Source: a virus (taxonomy: Duplodnaviria > Caudoviricetes). From it: DNA of 64,000 nucleotides. The stretch lies in the IMG/VR virus record IMGVR_UViG_3300032038_000016, positions 1-64,000 of that record; one strand, 5' to 3'. Each line of letters opens with the position of its first letter. Position 1 is the stretch's first letter. The position numbers and the translations under genes were made by a program. Below are positions 47,601 to 56,078 of the stretch, in pieces. Under the pieces are notes generated by a model that saw only the letters and a list, made by a program, of their open reading frames with translations, ran no database searches and was not told the DNA's origin.

Positions 47601-48823
47601 TTCAGAATCTCATTGACAAATGTGGAACAAATTTGATGTGATGATTTACGATTAACTGGTTTATCATCATTAAACAATTGACGAATCACAGAACCGATGG
47701 AATATTTTGTTTTTGGTGCATTCTTAATTTCATCTGCATATTTCTTCATTAACTTATATTGATCTTCTGTGACATATGCACCGTATACTGTGAATTCAAC
47801 ACCTTTGTGATGATCATTTCCCATATCATCCATACGGAAACCATTATCACTTTTTGTGTCTTCATTTAATGGATTTGACATACCGAATGAATACACTTTT
47901 CTTAATGAAGGATCAAATGATAATCCAGCATGAGAGAATCTACTCATGGTATGTTTCTTCACTTGCTTAGAAACCCATTCAGTGCCTTCTGTTAATACAA
48001 TATAAATATCATGTGATTTTGTTAAATCAACAGATTCTGTGACAACATCATCATCCACATTTTCATCCGGAATCAAATTGTTTGTATCATACTTTGATTT
48101 CCCATCCATTAACCTGGTATCAAATGTTGACTTGGGGACACAGAAAAAGATCATGTTACTCATGATAACTGTATTCATCATGATTGTAAACAAAATGAAT
48201 TCTTCAATGTATGTTTGAATGACTTTCTGTTCAAGATATGGCATTGATGCAAATTCTGTTTGATTCATCAAATTTGGTAAACCTTCGATGATCTTCTGGA
48301 TGTTTGTTGAGAAATGCATATCTGCGATTGTTTTATAATCATCTTTAATTGCCTTGGCTCTTTGTTGCATTTCGTACTTGGATACAACAGTTGTATGATA
48401 GAAATCATTTTCACATAACACAAGCAAATCTTTCAATGTCATGTTGTCTGTGGTATAGTTGTATAATCCATAAATAGAGGAATGCTCAATAGGAACACAA
48501 CTGTGATCAATCATGAATTGCTTTACAGACATTACAGAGAATTTCTCTAAGTCAGCAATCTGTGGATGAATCATGTGACTGTGCAATACCTTGATTAGGT
48601 TTGATGTGTATGTTGCAATATCGGATGGAGTGATATAACGAAATTTGTATAAGTTGTTGCAAATACCATAATCTTCTTTGCATTCATTTTTCCCAGCATT
48701 GATACTTGTTAATTCTTTAAACACACGATCGTATGCTTTCAAAGCAAGTGTCACTTCATTTGGAAATTCGTGACTAAATGCAAACTCTCGCTTTGGAATA
48801 TCAGTTGGCTTTTTTGTTTGCAT
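44633..48823 (-). CDS. Large virion protein with two permuted papain-like (YiiX/NlpC-P60) domains
   Basis: Two His-before-Cys units: FSHAGLSFD...ICSTFV and VSHCVISLD...YVCSSIV, each directly preceded by a TES site. Confidence 0.75.
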   Translation of the reverse strand: MQTKKPTDIPKREFAFSHEFPNEVTLALKAYDRVFKELTSINAGKNECKEDYGICNNLYKFRYITPSDIATYTSNLIKVLHSHMIHPQIADLEKFSVMSVKQFMIDHSCVPIEHSSIYGLYNYTTDNMTLKDLLVLCENDFYHTTVVSKYEMQQRAKAIKDDYKTIADMHFSTNIQKIIEGLPNLMNQTEFASMPYLEQKVIQTYIEEFILFTIMMNTVIMSNMIFFCVPKSTFDTRLMDGKSKYDTNNLIPDENVDDDVVTESVDLTKSHDIYIVLTEGTEWVSKQVKKHTMSRFSHAGLSFDPSLRKVYSFGMSNPLNEDTKSDNGFRMDDMGNDHHKGVEFTVYGAYVTEDQYKLMKKYADEIKNAPKTKYSIGSVIRQLFNDDKPVNRKSSHQICSTFVNEILKHANINVTEKNYPAPGDFEKSVMTKMNMFEHVYSGTYDEYDEEDVMERMRAFAERSKSKRLEKGGNVVTECCLLKTNTMRCTSKLPFDINMRNIVLQDMHPHFKDTVSAIEFITTDTRSPIAQMLYRYGHPSEVINGLDGMMICKMFMNGHCGIEMNYDELNNKLHETDFHTDVNWLDKIAYGNTFIDGDYRGEDAVGNDHRHPIQQTLEMLYRMFTEKDLTTKEELSEHIIKIAHLMKSICESYGACGMNNWEMVRDILAVLGEIMTRAMIKLYTNHMTIIASDNMDDVDAPGYMYTESFFTPFEIEEFHTFVMEASDSNSSKEKKEKPSVSSGKAKTIKEHIKKLIEWIKRMINKFISWIQNTLSKLGISFAKNHKQEIEFVKKNSELNHQISEAIKAGKFKPTIVGWPRFKLQVKNITKKKMFDIIKHCIDSGNTNDVPTTFELKKMYYPDEVIGKLSGDKSTSPKPKPDENKQKELLPTSKPEDNKTNQGENNEAIAEYFSRKIENQTIFTESFDTSDKHPVFVILHNHDITEKESKVTKGILMATGSSVSHCVISLDPKLELCYSITPFSNIAKDAIPAMVTKNDNITKRPKNAPHEVVITAEGGPKHGRKLAPDYYGSEENEPVQQSSIIVYGAWLTQESYEKLNKFLHDLRANVEKVKYSWAEIAKSFFKTDKKLDTKGAPKDVRNSYVCSSIVIAALHAAGVEVTNRSSGSPNDVSTGALLAPDRWIKVFQGDANDYRENTAMSKLQAMAKEITAKTAENVETAEEITARNIADKENLTNNAKLLSNYFLYGTTDKPEPAKELSVELWDELVDNLLDSGKALEIISKLVSEDLNKSIALLKEEINHISSRMINDTRDLEQYTSYEYNGGIAPNWDPLTENTITQRKLAQAQALLKSVMEISNEYTSAFTNALQNKFYMVSYNLYRDTITVFKGQHHTKEERVSKQPTTKEKKEPTLEKTSKSKQPSTGMNIPVGHTILAEA

Positions 48824-49010
48824 AATATATTCTCCTTTGCATTATAATTTTTATCTATATAAAAATAGTATATAGACAAAGTTAACATCTCGTTTGGTGG
48901 CCATACGGCCACCATCCATTATCTTAATTTTCATATTAAATATGTTCCGTGTTTAATCCAGCAACGAAAAGCTAAAACCTTTCATGATGAAGAAGGGTGG
49001 TGATTTGCAT

Positions 49011-49754
49011 ATGCGCAACACACGATGTCTTTTTTGTAACAGAATCTTTGATGACAAACATGCATATTGTCATCACATCGCATACAAACATAATGATCAA
49101 ATTCCGGAAGAAAATGAACCATTAGAATTTGCATATTCATTGTTGGTTCATAAACCAATTGGAAGATTGTGTTTGATGTGTCGGAAAAACCTTGTTCACT
49201 TTAATAAAGAGACATTGAAGTATGAGAGGTTGTGTGAAAATCCCGCATGTAAAGAAGCATATGTGCACCAAATGAAACAACGTATGGTGAATGTTTATGG
49301 AAAAGAACATCTGTTGAATGATGCAGATATGCAGCGTAAGATGATCTTTAACCATCCACAAGCTCGTGATTATGTTTGGGATTCAACGCACAAATTCAGA
49401 GTCATTGGTTCATATGAATCCAATTTCTTAGATGAGTTAAAAAGCTTGGACTGGAGTCCGGATGATGTCATCGCTCCATCTCCAAACAATTATTGGTACA
49501 AGTGGAAAGATGGGTCGACCCATCTTTACATTCCTGATTTTTTTATTCCGTCATTATCATTGGAAGTTGAAATCAAGGAAAGTGATAACACACATCCACG
49601 TATGGAACATTCTCGAGAAATTGAATATTTAAAAGATGCACGAATGGCTGTTGAAATGAAAAAGACCAGTATCAACTACATTAAGATTGTCGATAAGAAA
49701 TATGAAGAATTCTTAGAGACATATGTTCAGTCTGATACAAATAAACCTGAGTAA
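49011..49754 (+). CDS. Zn-finger plus PD-(D/E)xK nuclease (TnsA/head-completion-like)
   Basis: CLFC...HIAYKH, CLMC...C..C, SYE, YIPDFF...VEIKE. Confidence 0.7.
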   Translation: MRNTRCLFCNRIFDDKHAYCHHIAYKHNDQIPEENEPLEFAYSLLVHKPIGRLCLMCRKNLVHFNKETLKYERLCENPACKEAYVHQMKQRMVNVYGKEHLLNDADMQRKMIFNHPQARDYVWDSTHKFRVIGSYESNFLDELKSLDWSPDDVIAPSPNNYWYKWKDGSTHLYIPDFFIPSLSLEVEIKESDNTHPRMEHSREIEYLKDARMAVEMKKTSINYIKIVDKKYEEFLETYVQSDTNKPE

Positions 49755-49769
49755 AGGAGAGATATCACA

Positions 49770-52310
49770 ATGAATAAGTTAAAAGCCGATATCATGCTAC
49801 AGCAGCAAGGATCATATTATCAAGAAGAAGATATTGATGATGTTGAAAACAAAGATATCGATATCAAGCCGAAGAGAAAGAAAAAGAGAAGTAAGAAAGT
49901 TTCTTTTAATGATGAATGTGGTGATGGTGCAAATATTGGAACTAAAGAAGAGTGTGGTGATACTGACATTAGCTCTGTTCAAGAAACATCAAAACCTCGT
50001 AGAAAGAAGAAACCCAAGAAGGATATTACAATTGATACAGAAATTGATGATGTTGAGGAATCAGCTGTTCAAGCAACCAATAGAATGTCCATGAATGTTG
50101 GATCCAACAATATCACATTCGCAGGAAAAGATAATGAATGTGGACCAATCAAATATCATCTTTCGGATGGTGATGATGCAATGGCATCTCAAGATGTTGA
50201 TACAGATATTGACACTACCACAGAAGGATTTGGTTCTGGTTTAAAAGAAACTGTGAAACAGCCATTCAAGCAAGGTAAGAAAATTCTCAAAAGACAAATG
50301 GATTATGTCGGTGATGCAATTGATGTTTTTAAAGATGATCTGAAAGACATCAAGGATGATGGTATCAAGGGTGTATTGAATTTACCAGTTAGGCATTATA
50401 AGAGAGCTGTTGATACTGTGCAAAAGCACGATATCAAAAGAGCACATGATATCATGGATAACATGCAAGAATGGGAAGACGCATTTACATCAGACGGAAA
50501 AGTTGACAAGGCTGGCAAGAAAGTAAAGCGTGATTTAAAGAAAGCCGCAAGAAAGGCTTCTGATAAGATCGAAGATATGACAGAAGCAGCGGAAGTTGGT
50601 GTGGAAGATCAAACATCTGAATTTGATACTGAATGTGGTGATGGTTGTAATACAACAGGATTTAAAAAAGAATGCGGTGATTCTAAGGTTGGTTTCGATC
50701 AAGAATCAGCAAAACCTCGTAAAAAGAAAAAGAAGATTCCAAAAATTACTGAAGATGATATTGATTTCGAAGATGAAGCATCCGTTGAAGCAACCAATCG
50801 AATGTCAGCATCAGCGGGTTCTTCTAATATTACAACAACTGGATCTGGCAATAAAATTGAATCAATTGATTATACAAATGAAGATGTTGATCCGACTACT
50901 GAAACAACAGAGGGTGATGCATACAAGCCAGGTTATCACGACGAATATGCTGTGTATTTGATTAATCAAATTGATGAAGAACGATTACATTCCGAAAGAC
51001 AAGCATTAACGTCTATGATTGAATCCATTTATAAGGAATACGCAATGAGTGGGTTTGAAATGTCCGAAGATGCATTTATGGAAATGGATTCTGACGAAAA
51101 TGAAACAGAAGATGAATATTACCAAGAACGATTCTTCGGTGGAACAGGTAAGCAAGTAGAAGGTTTGGCTAAACCATTTGTCAAGGGTGCTAAGAAATTG
51201 AATGATATGCGTCATGGTGTTGGCAAGCCTGGTATCATCAGAAATGTGATTCATCGTACAAGTAAGGATTTGAAGAAGGGTGGTATTCTGTATAAATTAC
51301 TTACATGGCCATTCTTAGTTGTCAAGAATCTTGTACAAACAATTTATCACAAAGCAAAGTCATTTATTCAATACAAAGGGTTGTTATTAGGCATTGAAGT
51401 TAAGGTGAATCGTGAAATCTCTAAGATCAAGAAACGTGGTCGTGATTTACCAAAAATGGCTGTTGCAGGTGGTATTGGTTATGTAGCAACAGCAGCAGCT
51501 TCTATTGCAAAGGGTGAAGGTCTGCCATTAAATCCTATTGATTTCATCACAAGTGAAGGTGCTAAGATGATTAATGAGCTTGGTCGTGATACCATGATTC
51601 GCGCATTAACTTCTAAATTAGCAGATGCAATCGAGGATTCTCCAGAAGCAATCCGTGCTGTGTTAGCAAAGAAAAATGCAGTAAAAGGTAAGTTAACACC
51701 CGAAGCTGGTAAAAATTCCCCACCCATTATTACAATGAACAACAGCAAGATTACTGTTGAGAATTTGATTAACATGAAGGGTGTTGAGCAGTTGTTAAAT
51801 GATATTGACAACTGGGCTGATTTGGCAGAAACAACAGTTGTGAATGCAAAAGCTGGAGATGAAGCTACAATTAGAAGTTGTCTCACCAAAGCAAAGGATC
51901 TGGAATCCAGATATCTGAAAGATGGAAAACTTGACTTATCTGCAATCTTCAATAAGAAATCTGGGGCTGTTAAGATCTCCGAATTTTACGATGAATTATC
52001 TTCCAAACTGACAGAAAAGGCTCATGTCCTCGAGAAGGGATTAAATAAGTTGACCGAACTTGAGGGATCAATTAAGGAAGGTAACATTAGTATTACAGAA
52101 GATACACAAAAGACATTATCCGAGATTAATGTAGCATTACAACACGCATGCAATGCATTTGTAGAAGCAATCGAATCAATCGAAGATCTTGGTAAGTATG
52201 TCATGAGTACAATGGAAACTTATCTTGATTGCTTAAAGGAAACTTCCAGTTCCATGGTAAAGGGTAAGAACTCAAAAGCTCCTACTACTGCTACTGAGGA
52301 TGAAGAATGA
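49770..52310 (+). CDS. Putative internal head protein with repeated acidic/basic N-terminal region
   Basis: Duplicated ECGD-ECGD-KPRKKK-ATNRMS blocks; internal copy of the leader motif (IDEERLHSERQALTSMIESIYKE). Confidence 0.65.
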   Translation: MNKLKADIMLQQQGSYYQEEDIDDVENKDIDIKPKRKKKRSKKVSFNDECGDGANIGTKEECGDTDISSVQETSKPRRKKKPKKDITIDTEIDDVEESAVQATNRMSMNVGSNNITFAGKDNECGPIKYHLSDGDDAMASQDVDTDIDTTTEGFGSGLKETVKQPFKQGKKILKRQMDYVGDAIDVFKDDLKDIKDDGIKGVLNLPVRHYKRAVDTVQKHDIKRAHDIMDNMQEWEDAFTSDGKVDKAGKKVKRDLKKAARKASDKIEDMTEAAEVGVEDQTSEFDTECGDGCNTTGFKKECGDSKVGFDQESAKPRKKKKKIPKITEDDIDFEDEASVEATNRMSASAGSSNITTTGSGNKIESIDYTNEDVDPTTETTEGDAYKPGYHDEYAVYLINQIDEERLHSERQALTSMIESIYKEYAMSGFEMSEDAFMEMDSDENETEDEYYQERFFGGTGKQVEGLAKPFVKGAKKLNDMRHGVGKPGIIRNVIHRTSKDLKKGGILYKLLTWPFLVVKNLVQTIYHKAKSFIQYKGLLLGIEVKVNREISKIKKRGRDLPKMAVAGGIGYVATAAASIAKGEGLPLNPIDFITSEGAKMINELGRDTMIRALTSKLADAIEDSPEAIRAVLAKKNAVKGKLTPEAGKNSPPIITMNNSKITVENLINMKGVEQLLNDIDNWADLAETTVVNAKAGDEATIRSCLTKAKDLESRYLKDGKLDLSAIFNKKSGAVKISEFYDELSSKLTEKAHVLEKGLNKLTELEGSIKEGNISITEDTQKTLSEINVALQHACNAFVEAIESIEDLGKYVMSTMETYLDCLKETSSSMVKGKNSKAPTTATEDEE

Positions 52311-52334
52311 TAGTTTGTATTGTTATTGTAGGAG

Positions 52335-52844
52335 GTGGTCATGATGCTTGATGTAAAAGGAATCACGTTAGCTGAGGTAAACAAGAGGTACCATCCGTTG
52401 TATCAAATATTGGGATATGATGTGTTAATGGATAATGATGAATTTGGTAAACCAAGAGTGATTTCAACATATGAAATGTGTGTCAATATCATCATTACAT
52501 TATTATTGATGAAACCTGGACAATATCCATCCATTCCAGATTTGGGGATTTATATTGAGCAATATCTGTTTGAATATTCTGATGATGAAAAGCTTTTGAA
52601 TAAAATAGTGAATCAAATCTATGATCAATGTAATCGTATTCAAATGACTGGAATTGAAATTAATGTCTTTTTCAATAAGCTTGAACCTTCACGACATGAA
52701 TTGTGCGTGGAGATTCGTGCCACGGATTTCTTAATACATGGACAAGATAAACCACCAATTGCAATTATTGGTATTTCACATGATAAACTGAATCAGCTGT
52801 ATATTCAACGATATACAGCTGATCAATTACAAGTAACGAAATAA
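52335..52844 (+). CDS. Baseplate wedge protein, gp25-like
   Basis: LLLMKPGQYPSIPDLGIYIEQYLFE resembles the gp25 LLxTxxGExxxxPxxG motif. Confidence 0.7.
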   Translation: MVMMLDVKGITLAEVNKRYHPLYQILGYDVLMDNDEFGKPRVISTYEMCVNIIITLLLMKPGQYPSIPDLGIYIEQYLFEYSDDEKLLNKIVNQIYDQCNRIQMTGIEINVFFNKLEPSRHELCVEIRATDFLIHGQDKPPIAIIGISHDKLNQLYIQRYTADQLQVTK

Positions 52845-52853
52845 ACGAGGAAG

Positions 52854-53747
52854 ATGGTGATAAAAATGTATGAAGCTGATATCCTATCAAAGATTGACGA
52901 ATTGGAATTGACCAATTTAGAAGCAAAAATCCAAACATATGATGCTGTGGGCGACCAATTGCTTAAGGAATATTACATGTATTCTTCAGGAGTTGTTCAA
53001 GAAGGTGCAGTAACAAATGGTGTTAGAGATGATGGTAGAGTTCCTACATTAAATAAGATTGCAAACTGGTTTGGTAGAATGGTTACACAAATTGCATCAT
53101 GGTTAGCTAAAAGACATATTGACCGAACTTTGAAAAAAATCTATGAATCTGATCGTTATTCTGATAATGATATTTTCGAAGGATTGTTTGTTGATAACGA
53201 TTGGTATCGTGATAACGTAATCAATGCTAGAACATATCTGAATGAACAGATTCAAAGGTACATGGTTAACGAAGCGGGTGGATCTAGAGATCCTGGATTA
53301 AATAATGTCTTTAGAGATCGCAGAGCTTTCACATCTGCGGTTCGTGGTGTTGACAAACTTCGCTCTGAATTACATGAATCCCTGTCGGATATTCGACATA
53401 TTACAGCGATTAATGATAACACCCATCACGTCAAAGACAAAAGAAAACAAGATGTGTTTAACTTCATGAGATCTGTTGCAGAAGATAATGAACATCTAAC
53501 TGATATGGTTAGAGCAATGCGTAGATCCATTCCGTATGTAAAAGAAGTTGCAGATCGATTAAGTGCAAATGATTTAAATTTGAAAAAGAACAATGAAGCT
53601 GTCAAAGATCAGTATGTAAAATTTGTATCAGATACAACGCGATGTGCGTTGATGCTTGCACAGATTCAAGCAGTCATTTGTGATCGAATCAGACATACGA
53701 TTGGTCGTGTCCATAACAATGGAGAGGGCGGTGACGAACCAGCATGA
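52854..53747 (+). CDS. Putative internal head protein with leader motif
   Basis: LELTNLEAKIQTYDAVGDQLLKE...VQE|GA, then an amphipathic W-rich helix. Confidence 0.65.
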   Translation: MVIKMYEADILSKIDELELTNLEAKIQTYDAVGDQLLKEYYMYSSGVVQEGAVTNGVRDDGRVPTLNKIANWFGRMVTQIASWLAKRHIDRTLKKIYESDRYSDNDIFEGLFVDNDWYRDNVINARTYLNEQIQRYMVNEAGGSRDPGLNNVFRDRRAFTSAVRGVDKLRSELHESLSDIRHITAINDNTHHVKDKRKQDVFNFMRSVAEDNEHLTDMVRAMRRSIPYVKEVADRLSANDLNLKKNNEAVKDQYVKFVSDTTRCALMLAQIQAVICDRIRHTIGRVHNNGEGGDEPA

Positions 53748-54805
53748 TTAATGTAGAATCAATGGTTGATCGTTCTCAAGTAGAAGTATTACTTGCATTA
53801 GGTGATAACTTATTAAAAGAACAAGCTTATGTAGAATCTTTCTACAATGAAGCCGCAAGTGAAGTTGGTTTATTTCAAAAGGCATTAGATTTTATTTCAA
53901 GAACCATTACAAAATTTCTTGCATGGTTACGTAAAAAGAAATTGGACAGATGTAAAGAACGATTGACAAAGCTCAAAGATAATGTAAAAGTTAATGACCA
54001 ATTTGCTGATCCAAAAACGATGTACACATATTTTTATCCAGACAATTGGTTTGGTCCCGAGGTAATGAAACCTTGTCGTGAATTACATGAATTATCATTT
54101 GCAAAAATAATTGCAAGTGGTCAAGTAAAAGATATTCATAAGATTTTGGTGAATCGTGATATGCCAAAATTAGAGCATATTTGTCGAATATTAAAAGAAG
54201 CTGTTAGTAAAGTCAACAAGTTTTCTGTTCCAGCAGGACCTGTTAATGTGAGTCACGAGGGAAAAGGTAGTATTGAAACAGCCATTAAGTTCATTGATCA
54301 TTGTTCCACGACGGTTTATCAAGATTTACAAAAGTCATTAGCTTCTATTAAGGTTATTAAAGATTATGAGAAAGGGAAGAATCTTCAAGATAGCAAAGCT
54401 GTTTCTGATTCTTGGACACACGCCATGACACTTCTTGCACAAGCATATTTGAATGAGATGGCAATTGCAATTGATGTTGAGAAGACACTCACAGCAGGTG
54501 CTACTGTTCGCAGAATTTCTTCCATGGGTAAACAAAAAGTTTATAATGAATTGGAATTGAATGATTTATACACCGCGATTAATGAAATCTTTAATAATGA
54601 TATTAATCCAGCATCCAAAGCAGTTTATGCCAATACAGTTAAGATGGGTGAAAATGCCATTCGTGTTGATATTGTATATTCAGCAAAAGATGGAACAAAT
54701 AAAGTTGTGTCATTAAATGCAAAGAAATTAGCAGATGCAACATCACGTTTCATCAATAAGGGTGGAGTACAAGGTCGCCCCATCACTAAGGGGATGTTGA
54801 AATGA
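53744..54805 (+). CDS. Putative internal head protein with leader motif
   Basis: VESMVDRSQVEVLLALGDNLLKE...YNE|AA. Confidence 0.65.
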   Translation: MINVESMVDRSQVEVLLALGDNLLKEQAYVESFYNEAASEVGLFQKALDFISRTITKFLAWLRKKKLDRCKERLTKLKDNVKVNDQFADPKTMYTYFYPDNWFGPEVMKPCRELHELSFAKIIASGQVKDIHKILVNRDMPKLEHICRILKEAVSKVNKFSVPAGPVNVSHEGKGSIETAIKFIDHCSTTVYQDLQKSLASIKVIKDYEKGKNLQDSKAVSDSWTHAMTLLAQAYLNEMAIAIDVEKTLTAGATVRRISSMGKQKVYNELELNDLYTAINEIFNNDINPASKAVYANTVKMGENAIRVDIVYSAKDGTNKVVSLNAKKLADATSRFINKGGVQGRPITKGMLK

Positions 54806-55542
54806 CACCAAAACGAAAAAAGATTCAAGACAAAGTAATTGAAGTTATGTCATTAATGGATCCCACACAGATCAATGCAAAGAAATATGCATCCATGTTC
54901 AATGGCATGTCAGATCAACAATTTTCAAAATGGATTACGGATTTCTTGAAAGATGAGAAATCCAATTTCCGTTTGGATATTGAAGAATTCGGCAGTAATG
55001 GTTCCCGTGTATTAAAATTTGAAAATGTAACGAAAGCTGCTGAAGCATTACAAGTTCCATTGTTTGAGTATGTTTACATGCCACATATCTCAGCAAATCC
55101 AAAAAATCCGATTCGTACAAAACAAAAAGTATTGGTTGGGTATTTGAATATTAAGCGTGTACAGCAATTTGTTACGAAGAAGACTGGATTAACAATGTCC
55201 GATTCCAACCGTGATGAAATTACTGGACGTCTCAAAGGTAAATCCAAAGGTGGTGTCAGTACAGCAATTGAAAATGAGGTATTGGCCGGCATGGGAGCCG
55301 ACCAAGTTATGTCCGAATTCCTTGGGTCTCGTGCTGATAACGTACAAGAATATGACGCGATGTTACAATCAATCGCTGAGCGAGGGAATGTCAAATTAGA
55401 AGATATCAAAACCAGCACATTTGACAAGCCATCATTATTATTAGCGGATACATATTTAATGTGTATGGGTTTAAAGACAGATCTTGTGTCTGAAGCATAT
55501 TATTCCATTGATAAGATTCGTGCAGCGATGGGTCGTGAATAA
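54802..55542 (+). CDS. Phage RNA polymerase beta C-terminal subunit (probably virion RNAP)
   Basis: VLVGYLNIKRVQQ...RDEITGRLKGKSKGG...E...EFLGSRADN parallels the RpoB C-terminus; embedded among head genes. Confidence 0.8.
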   Translation: MTPKRKKIQDKVIEVMSLMDPTQINAKKYASMFNGMSDQQFSKWITDFLKDEKSNFRLDIEEFGSNGSRVLKFENVTKAAEALQVPLFEYVYMPHISANPKNPIRTKQKVLVGYLNIKRVQQFVTKKTGLTMSDSNRDEITGRLKGKSKGGVSTAIENEVLAGMGADQVMSEFLGSRADNVQEYDAMLQSIAERGNVKLEDIKTSTFDKPSLLLADTYLMCMGLKTDLVSEAYYSIDKIRAAMGRE

Positions 55543-55556
55543 TATAGAAGAAAGGA

Positions 55557-56075
55557 ATGAATGATATGAAAGTTAATGTAAATGGTAGAGGTGTAATTCC
55601 GGGTGTCGGTGTTCTCGCACCACAAAGAGGAATTGATTTAACACAACAACAAGTCAGAAGAATTCTGAATTATCGTCAGTTCACAGTCAGTGTTGCTGAA
55701 ACTGGTAAGTTGATCACAAAGACAAATATTGCGACAGTATTTGACACAGATCCAATTGAAAAATTCAAGAAGGAATACGAAGAGAAGACGACAAAAGTAG
55801 CTCCAGCAGTCAAAGTAGTTGTCGAAAAACCAGTTGAAGAAAAGAAGGAAGAAGTTGTAAAAGAAGAATATGTTGCACCAGTAATTGAAATTATTGATGA
55901 TTCTTTTACAGTTGAAAAGCCAGTTGAAGAGAGACATGCTCAGATCATTGGTAATAATCCAGATATGGAATTTGAATATGAAGACGAAGTGGAAACAAAC
56001 GCTGAAGAATCTAATGATGATGATGTAGCAGATCGTCCGAATAAGAAAAAGAAGAAAAGAAACAGACATTGGTGA
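55557..56075 (+). CDS. Hypothetical protein with acidic region and basic tail
   Basis: 172 aa; ends KKKKKRNRHW. Confidence 0.75.
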   Translation: MNDMKVNVNGRGVIPGVGVLAPQRGIDLTQQQVRRILNYRQFTVSVAETGKLITKTNIATVFDTDPIEKFKKEYEEKTTKVAPAVKVVVEKPVEEKKEEVVKEEYVAPVIEIIDDSFTVEKPVEERHAQIIGNNPDMEFEYEDEVETNAEESNDDDVADRPNKKKKKRNRHW

Positions 56076-56078
56076 GAG

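Noticed and set aside
49011-49754. Tn7-like transposon (TnsA)
   Set aside because: No TnsB/TnsC or terminal repeats; the head-operon context fits a phage head-completion-type nuclease.
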